From Syntrophales bacterium (GTDB lineage: Bacteria; Desulfobacterota; Syntrophia; Syntrophales; UBA4778), in the NCBI GenBank assembly GCA_963665615.2, contig CAXXQE010000006.1:124001-188000 (forward strand): DNA of 64,000 nt, written 5' to 3'. Both the position numbers and the translations under genes were made by a program. The notes under the pieces were generated by a model. It ran no database searches and had not been told where the DNA came from. It saw nothing but the letters and a program-made list of their open reading frames with translations. Below are positions 1 through 9,612 of the stretch, one piece after another (the stretch's first letter is position 1; every line of letters begins with the position of its first letter).

Positions 1-1
1 G

Positions 2-1570
2 GTACATTGACAGGTAATCAAATTGCAGTCCAAGGCTGAAACAGCCATCCCCTTCAGCCTGACCAGCTGCAACCGCCGAAACACCAAACAGCCCATATTC
101 AAGGCTTATCGGAACGCTTAAATCGAGACCGGGAAGAACCTGCAGATACTGAGGCGTGAATCCCCAATGAGAGTTCATTGCTTCCCTGGTTGCGTGCCCA
201 AAGGCATGGGAGTCCTCGCCGGCGAAGCTACCCTGCGGATCGCTTTCAACACTGTTGTAACGGCTGAAATCAAACTCCATGCTCCAGGAGCCGGCATCCC
301 AGAGGGCCGACTTCTTCAGGAGTCCGATAAAGTTGAGCACGACATGCGTGGTTTCTCCGACCGCCCCAAGGACGTCACCGTCTTCAGGTAATGCTGCTTG
401 GCTAAAAACAACCGTGGCGCCCGAGTTAAGGGGGGTGTGCCTGCGCAAACTGACCTCTGCCCCCATGGTCGAACCGCCCAGTACCCACAAGGAGGCCGGG
501 AGGGTGGTTGAATAGCTTATCCCGTACAGATCGATATTGGATTTATAGGCGCAGTGATATGTCAATTCGCCCAGATTGAGGATAACCTGGGGCAGCTTGT
601 CGGAATATTTTCTGTAATAGAGACCTAAGGTGGCATCCTTGCTCCACGGCGGATTATATTTAATCGCTACACCGAAGTCCCTATTCCTGGCTGCTTCGAT
701 ATCCCTGCCATGCGTCGCGTAAAGGCCGGCCCCCAGCATAAGCGCACCTTCACCATTAAGGGCGATATCCGATGTGCCGAATAATGTGCCCGCATCGGGC
801 GTGACGTCCCGTTGCCATTGCAAAAAGTATTGACCTGCAATTTGAAATTCAGGTGTAATCTGGGCGATGACACTGACAGCGTTTAAGGGGCGAAAAACTT
901 CTTTCACTTCAGTACCCGGCATCACCGCCGCCTTCCCCAGATCCAGGGGCATCTGGGCATAGTTGATGCCGTGGAATGCATCGAACAGCGCTTCTCCCCA
1001 GGAATAAACGTGCCGACCTAGTTTGACGTAAATCGGAAATCCTGCGTCTATCGTGCCAAACACAAAGGCATCGAGCAGCTCCCCATAGGGACCGGCATAC
1101 CGACGGTCAGCATACTTGTAGAGCCTGTTGAGAGCCGGGCTACCGCTTTCATCGAGAAAGTTTGATGTGCCGACACTATCATTGTCGAAATGATCATGAT
1201 ATTGCTGATCATACCAGAAAGCCCCGCTCAGCCGGAATCCCAGTCCCTTCGGTTTCCATACCAGGTCTAGTTCCGTTAAGAGATCAAGCCGATTGCTCAC
1301 AATCCCCTTGTCAAAATTGCGATCCCCATCATCGTTGTTGACACTGCCAAGGAGTGAATCGTCCTGCGACGCTACACGATATTGTAAAAAATACCTTACC
1401 GTATTATCAAAGCGGAACTGCAAATCGTCGTTGCCGGTGTCTATGTTGAAAGCGAAAGCGCTGCTATACCCCATACAAATCATCGCTGATAATGCAAGCA
1501 TTGTGAGGGCAGTTTTAGCATGCACACAATTTAATATCCTTCTTTTGAAAACCCTGATGTATTCACCCAT
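2..1570 (-). CDS. DUF1302 family outer-membrane protein, paralog 2 (3' end runs off the window)
   Basis: Not in the ORF track. Hand translation of the N-terminal part from ATG 1570 (RBS GAGGAG) gives a signal peptide then FNIDTGNDDLQFRFDNTVRYFLQYRVASQDDSLLGSVNNDDGDRNFDKGIVSNRLDLLTELDL, closely matching 16226..17899. The rest of the frame was not fully translated. Confidence 0.85.
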   Translation of the reverse strand, partial: MGEYIRVFKRRILNCVHAKTALTMLALSAMICMGYSSAFAFNIDTGNDDLQFRFDNTVRYFLQYRVASQDDSLLGSVNNDDGDRNFDKGIVSNRLDLLTELDLVWKPKGLGFRLSGAFWYDQQYHDHFDNDSVGTSNFLDESGSPALNRLYKYADRRYAGPYGELLDAFVFGTIDAGFPIYVKLGRHVYSWGEALFDAFHGINYAQMPLDLGKAAVMPGTEVKEVFRPLNAVSVIAQITPEFQIAGQYFLQWQRDVTPDAGTLFGTSDIALNGEGALMLGAGLYATHGRDIEAARNRDFGVAIKYNPPWSKDATLGLYYRKYSDKLPQVILNLGELTYHCAYKSNIDLYGISYSTTLPASLWVLGGSTMGAEVSLRRHTPLNSGATVVFSQAALPEDGDVLGAVGETTHVVLNFIGLLKKSALWDAGSWSMEFDFSRYNSVESDPQGSFAGEDSHAFGHATREAMNSHWGFTPQYLQVLPGLDLSVPISLEYGLFGVSAVAAGQAEGDGCFSLGLQFDYLSMY

Positions 1571-1815
1571 ACGACTCCTCCGTTTGAAAAACGTTAATCA
1601 ATAACCATTATAGAAACATTTCGCTTCTCATTATGATAAGGCCACCACTTCTCCTGAAGCACGCCGCCAACTGGAGAAGATGATGTCTTTATCCCCCCTG
1701 CCCCTTCCTTCCCTCCTTTCTTCTGAATTATTTTCCTGTTACGACTTCCCGCTTTTCATCCGCCCGTGCTGCGTCCATAGACAAATATCTTTCCCTGTCG
1801 TCTATTCTTCCGGGC

Positions 1816-2196
1816 CTATTCAGATTTATTCTTGAGCGGGCGCACCTTTGTTCCATCTGCAAGAACCCCGCATAAAACAATATATGCATCGCGATCAATC
1901 ATCGCCCTCGGAATTTGGGGCTTCGGAGCGATCAGCGATACAGCCTGCTTCGGGCAAATGGCGACGCATTTGCCGCAGCCATCGCAGTTGATCGTAAAAG
2001 ATGCAATCACCTTGTGATCGATATCCTCTAACCGCAGCGGCGGATAATTGATATCCGGGCTTTGCTTGTTGACAAAGCCAAGAACATTCGATCCGTGATC
2101 GCGACATTCGTGAACGCATTTCAGACATTCAATGGCATTGCCGCACGCCTGCTCATCTATATTGATTTTATAGCGGGGGGTGATATGTCCTGCCAT
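1816..2196 (-). CDS. small 4Fe-4S ferredoxin-like protein
   Basis: CxxxxxCxxCxxxC and CxxCxxCxxxCP motifs. Confidence 0.8.
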   Translation of the reverse strand: MAGHITPRYKINIDEQACGNAIECLKCVHECRDHGSNVLGFVNKQSPDINYPPLRLEDIDHKVIASFTINCDGCGKCVAICPKQAVSLIAPKPQIPRAMIDRDAYIVLCGVLADGTKVRPLKNKSE

Positions 2197-2217
2197 TTGC
2201 GATTCACCTGCTAATTG

Positions 2218-3057
2218 CTACCATTCATCCACAAGGCCTGGGTACGTGGTTCTGTCCACTAACTTGATGGCGCTTTGAGGACAGTTATTGCGGCAGACAC
2301 CGCAACCGAAACAGCGACTGATATTCACGATAGCAACCCGATCCAGAGGTGAGTATCGCAGCGCCCCCCAAGGACATCTGGGCATGCATGCGGGCATATC
2401 AGGGCATCCCCCTTCACAGCGCTTCCGATCGATTGTAACGACGTATTCGGATTTGCGCTGAGCATTGACAATACCGAAGTGAGCGCGTAACCTGCTTGGA
2501 ATACAGTCGGTCTCTGTGCATTGGCACAGGGCAATCGGCGGCTTACCGTCCTTATCCACGCCGCAGTCCCAAAGCGAATGCGGCAATCCCTTCTGGTCCA
2601 TCTCCCTGATGAATGCCTTAATCTCTTCTTTGTTCAGCACCTGGCTGTCCGTTTCCCATGGGCGCTCCGCCAGAGACCGATCGACAATCGGGTCGAGCAT
2701 GATGCACCGCAACTCATCTTTTAAACCGAAATAACGCCGACACGCGCAATGCATCACGAGAAATTTATTCCCAGGGATCAGATCGATGACATTCAGGGCG
2801 TCTTCAACGGGAATGATCTGTCCCTGGTGCTGAACCACTCTCTCCAAAGCGAGGTTCACGTCTGCGCTGTAATTGGCGTCGGTAAGCGCTGCATCCAGTG
2901 CGGAAATGCCGGCGACTTCAAATGTGTTCTTGTGAACACCGCCCAGCATCGCGAAAGATACGTTATGCCCGGACTTCTCATATAGCCTGGTATCGTAATT
3001 GTCGGGATTCAGGTACCACTTGGTTCCGTTTCCATATTCCACGCAATAACGACACAT
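2218..3057 (-). CDS. Cys-rich 4Fe-4S dicluster-domain protein
   Basis: Start reassigned to MCRYC (AAGGA RBS); CxCR, CxCxxxxC and two C-terminal ferredoxin motifs. Confidence 0.8.
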   Translation of the reverse strand: MCRYCVEYGNGTKWYLNPDNYDTRLYEKSGHNVSFAMLGGVHKNTFEVAGISALDAALTDANYSADVNLALERVVQHQGQIIPVEDALNVIDLIPGNKFLVMHCACRRYFGLKDELRCIMLDPIVDRSLAERPWETDSQVLNKEEIKAFIREMDQKGLPHSLWDCGVDKDGKPPIALCQCTETDCIPSRLRAHFGIVNAQRKSEYVVTIDRKRCEGGCPDMPACMPRCPWGALRYSPLDRVAIVNISRCFGCGVCRNNCPQSAIKLVDRTTYPGLVDEW

Positions 3058-3089
3058 TGGTTTCCTTATGAAACAGTTTACCGTCCCTT

Positions 3090-3851
3090 TCAAAAGGGGC
3101 TGAATTCGCCGTCAACCTTTATTGTGCTTCCGGTAATATAGCTGCCCGTTGCGTCGTCAGCTAAAAACAGGACGGCCTGAGCAATTGCCTTTTCCTGACT
3201 GCCCATTCTCAGGGAGAGTCGGTATTCACTTCTGTTCTTGAGATCCGCCGGAAAAGTGTTATAGGCATTTTGTTCATCGATAAACCCTGGTGCCACACAG
3301 TTTATATTTATCCCGAAAGCGCCAACGATTGCTGCGACCGATATCGTGAACTGAGTGACACCCGCCTTCAGCCCTTCATATACGGGGCCTTTCATCATTT
3401 TATTATTGTGGGCAGCTATGCCGGCGATGTTAACAATCCTCCCATATTTCCGGGCCTGCATATGAGGGAGAACTGCTCGCGTTATATCGATAACACCCTT
3501 AAATGTGCCGATTGCGCCGTCCGTTTTGAATGAATCAATCAGATCATCGAGCGGTTGATCGCATAAATCTGCAAACCACGAAGAATTAACCAGTATATCG
3601 ATACAGCCAAATTCGGAGAGTGCCAGTTCAACCAAACTTTCCACGTCGGCTCTTACAGTCATATCCGTCTTTACAGGGATAGCCCGTCTTCCCATGCCCT
3701 TGATTTTTCCGGCAACGGCATTGACTGTTCTGCCAGCCAAGACAACGTCAGCGCCCTCCGAGGCAAGCAGCAATGCAATCTCAGCTCCCACGCCCTTACT
3801 CGAATCGGTCACGACAGCCACCTTGTTTTCCAATCTCACAAGCCGCTCCAC
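3090..3851 (-). CDS. SDR family oxidoreductase (atypical cofactor motif)
   Basis: KVAVVTDSSKGVG, YxxxK (YEGLK), NCVAPG, ITGSTIKVDG. Confidence 0.85.
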   Translation of the reverse strand: MERLVRLENKVAVVTDSSKGVGAEIALLLASEGADVVLAGRTVNAVAGKIKGMGRRAIPVKTDMTVRADVESLVELALSEFGCIDILVNSSWFADLCDQPLDDLIDSFKTDGAIGTFKGVIDITRAVLPHMQARKYGRIVNIAGIAAHNNKMMKGPVYEGLKAGVTQFTISVAAIVGAFGININCVAPGFIDEQNAYNTFPADLKNRSEYRLSLRMGSQEKAIAQAVLFLADDATGSYITGSTIKVDGEFSPF

Positions 3852-3882
3852 GAATCATTATGATATAAAGATAAGCTGCGTA

Positions 3883-5226
3883 TTATTGCTGCCGGCATTG
3901 TGCGATGATCTTTTCAGCAGCTTGTTTCCCGCTCATCAAAGCGCCTTCGGTACAGGCAATCAGAAAAAGGTATTCCCCGGCCAAATGAAGGCCTTTGACA
4001 TCATCCATGTGATGCGCGAGCAAATCCTGTACGGCCTCGTATTGCCCGGGGGCTTCCAAATTGACTGCTCTGTCCCAGCGAAAGACCTTATGGATTCCGG
4101 AGTCGGTCACAAGATCCGGGAAGTATTTTCGGGCCTCTTGTACGACCCTGTCATAACGCTCCCGTTCCGTCAGACTGATCAGCTCATCGTGCAGCCAGCC
4201 ACGGGTAAAACAGGTCAGAACCGGTCTTTTGCCCGGCATATAAAAGATCGTGGCCAGAATGGTTTTTTCCTCTTGCGGAATCATCACGGCCAACAGATTG
4301 GGATCCACCTTGATCGTCCTATCGGCGACGATGTGATAGCCGAACGTTGAACTATAAGTGCACTTCTTCAAGGTCCTCGTCATGACATCCGGAAGATCGG
4401 GCATTATAGTTCTTGCCACTTCCGCATCAACGGCACAGATGACGTGGTCGGCTTCGACGAACCCCTGTGGCGTATCCACTCCAATAACCCGACCTTCTTT
4501 GATGACGATCCGAGTGACTGGGGTATTCAGTTGGACGCTGTCCTTCACTTGACGATAGAGCCCCTTGGTGAGTTCGCCCATGCCGCCAGCTATCACACTC
4601 ATACCCTTCATCAAGGCAAAGAGGGACATGGGATGGGCAACGGAAATGTCCTGTGGACGCGCAAGCACCATCGTGGCGAGGAAGGGATGGAAAAACCAGT
4701 TCATCGCCTCCCATCCCCCGTGTTTGCAGACAAAATCGGCCGTACTGATATTGGAAACCTCTCGCAGACAATCAAAATTGTGATCGTTAGTGTCTATCTG
4801 TTTTAGATATTTTTTCATGGCCCGAAAGACCTTGAACAGCTGCCAATAAATTCGATAAGGCCAAACGCAAAGACCGAAACGAATATAATTCGGGAGGTAC
4901 TTCACGTAATCCATGAAAGTCCCGATCTTCAAGACATTGTAAAGTCTGTTGCCCTTTTTGTAGGCGTATACCTGTTTCTTAACCGAAAAGGTTTTCAGGC
5001 CAAGTTCTTCGATATATTGCGCCGTCGTATGCCATTGCGGTTCAGTCATACCGGCTCCGGCGAAATAACGAAGACCGTTCTCCTTATCGTCAACATTCCG
5101 GCAGCGTCCGCCAAAAACATCGGCCGCTTCAAACACGGTGAACTGGATACCTGCCTTTTTCAATGTATAGGCAGCCGAAAGTCCTGCACAGCCTGCACCT
5201 ACGATGATAATTCTTTGCCCGCTCAT
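3883..5226 (-). CDS. FAD-dependent oxidoreductase, flavin amine oxidase/HemY-like superfamily
   Basis: IVGAGCAGL Rossmann motif, FEA...GGR, C-terminal LAGEY...EGALMSG. Confidence 0.8.
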   Translation of the reverse strand: MSGQRIIIVGAGCAGLSAAYTLKKAGIQFTVFEAADVFGGRCRNVDDKENGLRYFAGAGMTEPQWHTTAQYIEELGLKTFSVKKQVYAYKKGNRLYNVLKIGTFMDYVKYLPNYIRFGLCVWPYRIYWQLFKVFRAMKKYLKQIDTNDHNFDCLREVSNISTADFVCKHGGWEAMNWFFHPFLATMVLARPQDISVAHPMSLFALMKGMSVIAGGMGELTKGLYRQVKDSVQLNTPVTRIVIKEGRVIGVDTPQGFVEADHVICAVDAEVARTIMPDLPDVMTRTLKKCTYSSTFGYHIVADRTIKVDPNLLAVMIPQEEKTILATIFYMPGKRPVLTCFTRGWLHDELISLTERERYDRVVQEARKYFPDLVTDSGIHKVFRWDRAVNLEAPGQYEAVQDLLAHHMDDVKGLHLAGEYLFLIACTEGALMSGKQAAEKIIAQCRQQ

Positions 5227-5263
5227 GGGTTTTCCCCTTTTGTCTATTTACGTTAGTCTGATT

Positions 5264-5279
5264 TGCAAATCTTCGGCCA
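5264..5279 (-). promoter_or_regulatory. sigma54 (-24/-12) promoter
   Basis: Minus strand TGGCCGAAGATTTGCA fits TGGCAC-N5-TTGCW, 38 bp upstream of the 5226 start. Confidence 0.8.
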
Positions 5280-5347
5280 GGCTTCTTATTATATACAACT
5301 ACTCAATATTACTTGATCTTTTTCATTCCCACAGAACAATAAAATAA

Positions 5348-5375
5348 GCCACGAGTCGATATATCGACTCGTGGC
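5348..5375. promoter_or_regulatory. perfect 28-bp palindrome, candidate bEBP upstream activator site
   Basis: GCCACGAGTCGATATATCGACTCGTGGC has no loop and no U-tract and lies upstream of the sigma54 promoter. Confidence 0.65.
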
Positions 5376-5509
5376 CTCATATAGACACCGTAAAAATAAA
5401 ATGAAATTGAAAGGACAAGATCAGATATTAGTATGTTTGCTTTTAACAAAGATTAAGAAGAAGGCCTGAAAGATAGGCTCCGAGATGATCTCGCTGCCTG
5501 GCAGGAAGG

Positions 5510-5628
5510 AGCCACCCACCGGACCAAGCTCCGGCGGATCTCCGATCCACAAGAGAAAATGTTTAATCCTGATTCGCTCGCTTGCCCCGCGGCAAGCCAC
5601 GGGGAATGCCCTCGTTGAAGAATTTAAT
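5510..5628 (+). repeat. ~120-bp two-hairpin miniature element, copy A (IS200/IS605-like)
   Basis: The core TCCTGATTCGCTCG...CCCCGCGGCAAGCCACGGGGAATG is 53/59 identical to copy C. Confidence 0.75.
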
Positions 5629-5777
5629 AGACCACTTCGCCGGCAAATAGTCCTTTGCCATTTACTACCATTGGACCTCTAACAGAAAATAAGCAATCGT
5701 ATATCTAGAAGGTCCATAGCCCGAAGCTGTCCCTTTGAAAATAGAATAGAAACTCAAAGAAATAAGTGTCTCTCAGC

Positions 5778-7712
5778 TTAAAGCATTTTTCCTAAAGCGA
5801 ATCCCTCTTCGATTGCATCTTTTATCATTCGTGCCTTCTTAAAGTCGCCAATAGCAAAGACATCCCAGGGTCCATTTTTGTAAAGATCCATTTTTTGCGA
5901 ATCTCCTTTAAAACCAGCCGCTAATACAACTGTCTTCCCCGGAATGAATTTTGTATTTTCTTCCTTTAGGACTATTACACCATTATCTGTTATTTCTGTA
6001 ACTGTTGTGCTGATTTCCATCTTGATGCCTTGTCTTTTCAGCCGTTCCAGGAAAAAAGGCCGAATTGTTCGAGCTACGTTATCAGCTATGCGGTTTAACA
6101 TTTCAATGACCGTCACGTCAGTTGCACCTTTTTCAACGAGGAATTCCGCCGTTTCACATCCGACCAAACCTCCTCCTATTACAATAACGGTGCCATTTGC
6201 GGCCTTGCGCTCAAAAAGCACATCCTCAGCAAGCACAACATTGCCCCCCGAGACACCTGAAACAGGAGGGATGATAGGATCTGCTCCCGCTGCCAGAACG
6301 AGAATATCCGGGGTCTCCTTATTTAGAATTTGAGCGTTAAAATCGGTATTAAACCGGAACGCCACCCCCGCTTTTGACGCCCTTTCATAAAGGCTTTTAA
6401 TAAGCTGCTGAATATCCCCTTTAAATGGAGGAATGGCGGCAGAGTGCAGGCGCCCTCCCGCGCTGCTGTCTTTCTCATAAACGGTTACACGATGTCCCCT
6501 GACTGCAGCCGTAATCGCGGCCATCATGCCAGCCGGCCCGCTTCCAATAATAAATATCTTTTTCGCTCGAGTTGCAGGCTGCAGAACACATTCAATTTCT
6601 CTGCCGGCGCATGGGTTAACACTGCATAAAGAACGTTCCATGTTGCCTATATTTAAATGGGCAGGTGTTCCCAAAAGTTGGGACAGGCATTCGCCGCAAG
6701 CCAGGCAATATGTGATTTCATCCGTTCTTCCCTCAAGAGCTTTTATGGGAAGTTCAGGATCAGCGAGTAAAGCACGTCCCATGCCGATCAAATCAGCTTC
6801 CCCGTCTGCAAGTATTTTCTCAGCTGTAAAAGGATCATTGATTCTATTTGAGGCGACAACCGGAATATCAATATTTTGTTTTATGGCTTGCGACAAATGA
6901 GAAAACGCCCCTTTTGGCACCCAGCCCGCAACAGTAGGGACGGGAGATTCATGCCAGCCGGTATATGCTATGAGCATGTCAATGCCTTTTCCCTTGAGAT
7001 TTCTCACTATTTCTATTGAATCATCAATGGTAAGACCACCAGGCATTTGTTCTTCCAAATTTAAGCGGCAAAGAATGGGAAAGTCTTCCCCGACTTCCTT
7101 CTTGATGGATTCTATTACTTCCAGAATGATTCTCATCCTGTTTTCGAGGCTGCCACCGTATTCATCTGTGCGTTTATTGCTGATCGGCGAGAGAAAGCGA
7201 TTCAGGAGATAACCTGCCGCAATAAGTACTTCAACCGCATCGGCGCCTCCTTCAAGAGCCCTGCGAGCAGCGGCCCCATATGCTGAGACAATGGTATGAA
7301 TTTCATCCAAGGTCAACTCCCTCGGGATACAGCGTGTCATTTTGTTAAAAACGGGCGAAGGCGCGACGACTTCTGCGATATTATCTTTAAGCACCACCTG
7401 ATATGAGATAATCAACTGGACGGACACTTTGGCGCCATGAGAGTGGAGGCGGGAAGTCAAAGCACGAACACCAGGGATGAATCGGTCATCGTAAAGACCC
7501 GGCTCCACGCAGACGCCGTCGCAAATTGGCTCAAATGGAATATCGATAAGGCCTGCGCCTCCTTTGGCCCTCGCAACAAAAAAATCTATAAAACGCTCTC
7601 CAACTGTCCCGTCTTTTTCGTGGAGAAACAGGCTCATGGGAAGCATAACAATGCGATTTCGAAGCGTCATATTTTTTATTTGAATTGGTGAAAATAAATT
7701 TTTAAATTTCAT
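5778..7712 (-). CDS. NADH:flavin oxidoreductase, 2,4-dienoyl-CoA reductase (FadH)-like
   Basis: OYE barrel (GYLLNRFLSP, NKRTDEYGGSLENR, GWHE), Fe-S Cys cluster ending CSVNP, two Rossmann motifs. Confidence 0.85.
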   Translation of the reverse strand: MKFKNLFSPIQIKNMTLRNRIVMLPMSLFLHEKDGTVGERFIDFFVARAKGGAGLIDIPFEPICDGVCVEPGLYDDRFIPGVRALTSRLHSHGAKVSVQLIISYQVVLKDNIAEVVAPSPVFNKMTRCIPRELTLDEIHTIVSAYGAAARRALEGGADAVEVLIAAGYLLNRFLSPISNKRTDEYGGSLENRMRIILEVIESIKKEVGEDFPILCRLNLEEQMPGGLTIDDSIEIVRNLKGKGIDMLIAYTGWHESPVPTVAGWVPKGAFSHLSQAIKQNIDIPVVASNRINDPFTAEKILADGEADLIGMGRALLADPELPIKALEGRTDEITYCLACGECLSQLLGTPAHLNIGNMERSLCSVNPCAGREIECVLQPATRAKKIFIIGSGPAGMMAAITAAVRGHRVTVYEKDSSAGGRLHSAAIPPFKGDIQQLIKSLYERASKAGVAFRFNTDFNAQILNKETPDILVLAAGADPIIPPVSGVSGGNVVLAEDVLFERKAANGTVIVIGGGLVGCETAEFLVEKGATDVTVIEMLNRIADNVARTIRPFFLERLKRQGIKMEISTTVTEITDNGVIVLKEENTKFIPGKTVVLAAGFKGDSQKMDLYKNGPWDVFAIGDFKKARMIKDAIEEGFALGKML

Positions 7713-7924
7713 TCTTTTCCCCTGTGCCTTATGTGTTGGAAATTATTTTCTGTTGGTCGCATAAGCATTACTTTTTAAATATTTATCATAATACAAAATA
7801 GTTGATTTGCGCTGCTAAGCATCCAGCGCTGTCTGAGCTCTATGACTTGGATCGCTATTGCGATAAATAATGCGGCTCCTCTCTCGGGGAAGCCCATGAA
7901 AATCATTCTTAATATAGAAAAGAT

Positions 7925-8401
7925 CTACACCTTGCATTCATCGATTCTTTCCAGTAAATAGCTTTTGGCGAAATCGAGATTCATCAAAACGACGATGTTT
8001 TTCGCCTCCAACCCAACAGGCGGAAAACTTGTTTGAAGTCCCTTAAGGCTGATAACTGAAGAATTGGTTGATCCATCAGGCAATATATTAACGCTCAATA
8101 TGAGCTGGGAGTCCTGATCATGCTCATAGTACGTTACACATTTGAAGAAATCCGGTCTTTCCTGTTTTATCTGTTTCATTATATTAGCGATGATTTTTAT
8201 GTCTATCCTCGAACGAGATAAGGTTTGAACGATCGATACCTCCAATAAGTTCTCAAAAGAGTAGTACCTGGATGTGCCTGTCCCAGCGCTTGGACTATGA
8301 GGTGAAATAATTCCATTCAGAATCCAGTATTGAATTCTTTGTTTGCTTTCACCGGTTATTAACTGCAATTCCTTGGTACTGTATGTTTTTGAACCCATCA
8401 T
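7925..8401 (-). CDS. MerR-family HTH regulator
   Basis: N-terminal YSTKEL...RIQYW...GII...RYYSFENL winged-HTH pattern. Confidence 0.75.
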   Translation of the reverse strand: MMGSKTYSTKELQLITGESKQRIQYWILNGIISPHSPSAGTGTSRYYSFENLLEVSIVQTLSRSRIDIKIIANIMKQIKQERPDFFKCVTYYEHDQDSQLILSVNILPDGSTNSSVISLKGLQTSFPPVGLEAKNIVVLMNLDFAKSYLLERIDECKV

Positions 8402-8455
8402 GTTTACTAAAAGAGTACGCCAACGTCGTTACACCTTGAGCTCCGATGAAATCAG

Positions 8456-8490
8456 GCTCTAGGACCTCATCAGCAATGAGGTCCTAGAGC
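8456..8490 (-). terminator. 15-bp stem-loop after the alcohol dehydrogenase gene
   Basis: GCTCTAGGACCTCAT-N5-ATGAGGTCCTAGAGC; weak U-tract. Confidence 0.55.
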
Positions 8491-8499
8491 GTCAGCCAC

Positions 8500-9588
8500 T
8501 TATGGCTTCAATATAACCTTGACGGCTTTCCCCGAATGCGTGTCGGCAACCGCTTCGTTGATTTCCGACAACGGCCGGTAAGAAACCAGCTTGTCAAACG
8601 GGAAACGGCCCGCTTTGTACAGATCTACCAGCTGCGGGATAAAGAGATCCGGCACAGCGTCGCCTTCGTAGACGCCGCGGACAATCCTGCCCGCCGTGAT
8701 GTTGGTCCATTCGCACTTTATATCCAGTCCCGGCGGGATCACGCCAACCAGGGCGCAGGTTCCCAATATCTTGACCGCCTCAATGGACTGGGGAATAACG
8801 AAAGAATTGCCCGTACATTCCACGGAAAAATCGGCGCCCTTGTTGCCGGTTAGATTTTTGATCTCTTCAACGGGGTTTTTCTCTTTCCCGTTGATTATGT
8901 GCGTAGCGCCTAATTCCTGCGCCAGTTTCAAACGCTCCGGTAGAATATCCACTGCGATAATCTTGGTGCAGCCGCAAACAACGGCCCCTAAAATAGCGCT
9001 CAGTCCGACCGCTCCCGCTCCGAATATTGCGATAGATGATCCCGGACGCGCCTGCAAGGCGTTTATGACCGTTCCAGAGCCTGTCTGGAAACCGCAGCCC
9101 AGGGGACCCAGCAATTCGATCGGGACGTCCTTGTCGACCTTAACAACATTCTTTTCGTTTGCCAGAGCATAATTGGCAAAAGAGGACTGAGCGAAGAAAT
9201 TTCCGAAAACCTTTTCATCTCCCTTGGAGATGGTAGGAGAACCATCCGCACGTGTTCCGATTGCATTGTAGGGAACAAAATCCATGCAAAATGCAGGGTG
9301 CGCTGTCTGGCAATTTTCGCAGTGACTGCAGAACCCGAAGCTCAAGACGACATGATCGCCTGGAACCACTTTGGTAACAGCCTTTCCAACCTTTTCGACA
9401 ATACCAGAACCTTCATGTCCCAAGACAATCGGATACACTCCAAAGCCCTTTGCGAACAGGTCCGTGTGACACAACCCTACGCCGGCGATTTTCACAATTA
9501 CTTCGTCCGCTCGCGGCTCGTCTAATTCCATCTTTTCCATCACGAAGGGACCTTCCAGGCTTCTGGCTACGGCAGCAGTAATTTCCAT
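8500..9588 (-). CDS. Zn-dependent aryl/allylic alcohol dehydrogenase (benzyl-alcohol/geraniol dehydrogenase type)
   Basis: GLCHTD, LGHEG, CxxCxxCx7C, FFAQSSFA, GPLGCGFQTG, GRFPFDKL. Confidence 0.9.
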   Translation of the reverse strand: MEITAAVARSLEGPFVMEKMELDEPRADEVIVKIAGVGLCHTDLFAKGFGVYPIVLGHEGSGIVEKVGKAVTKVVPGDHVVLSFGFCSHCENCQTAHPAFCMDFVPYNAIGTRADGSPTISKGDEKVFGNFFAQSSFANYALANEKNVVKVDKDVPIELLGPLGCGFQTGSGTVINALQARPGSSIAIFGAGAVGLSAILGAVVCGCTKIIAVDILPERLKLAQELGATHIINGKEKNPVEEIKNLTGNKGADFSVECTGNSFVIPQSIEAVKILGTCALVGVIPPGLDIKCEWTNITAGRIVRGVYEGDAVPDLFIPQLVDLYKAGRFPFDKLVSYRPLSEINEAVADTHSGKAVKVILKP

Positions 9589-9612
9589 TTTTTTATCCTT
9601 TGTTATTTTTTA

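Noticed and set aside
5348..5375. Palindrome as a terminator
   Set aside because: No loop or U-tract; its position relative to a sigma54 promoter is repeated at 34.5 kb
5485..5682. Small ORFs sharing LIRSxxPRQATGNAL (also 38296..38607)
   Set aside because: The similarity comes from the non-coding repeat element, not a protein family
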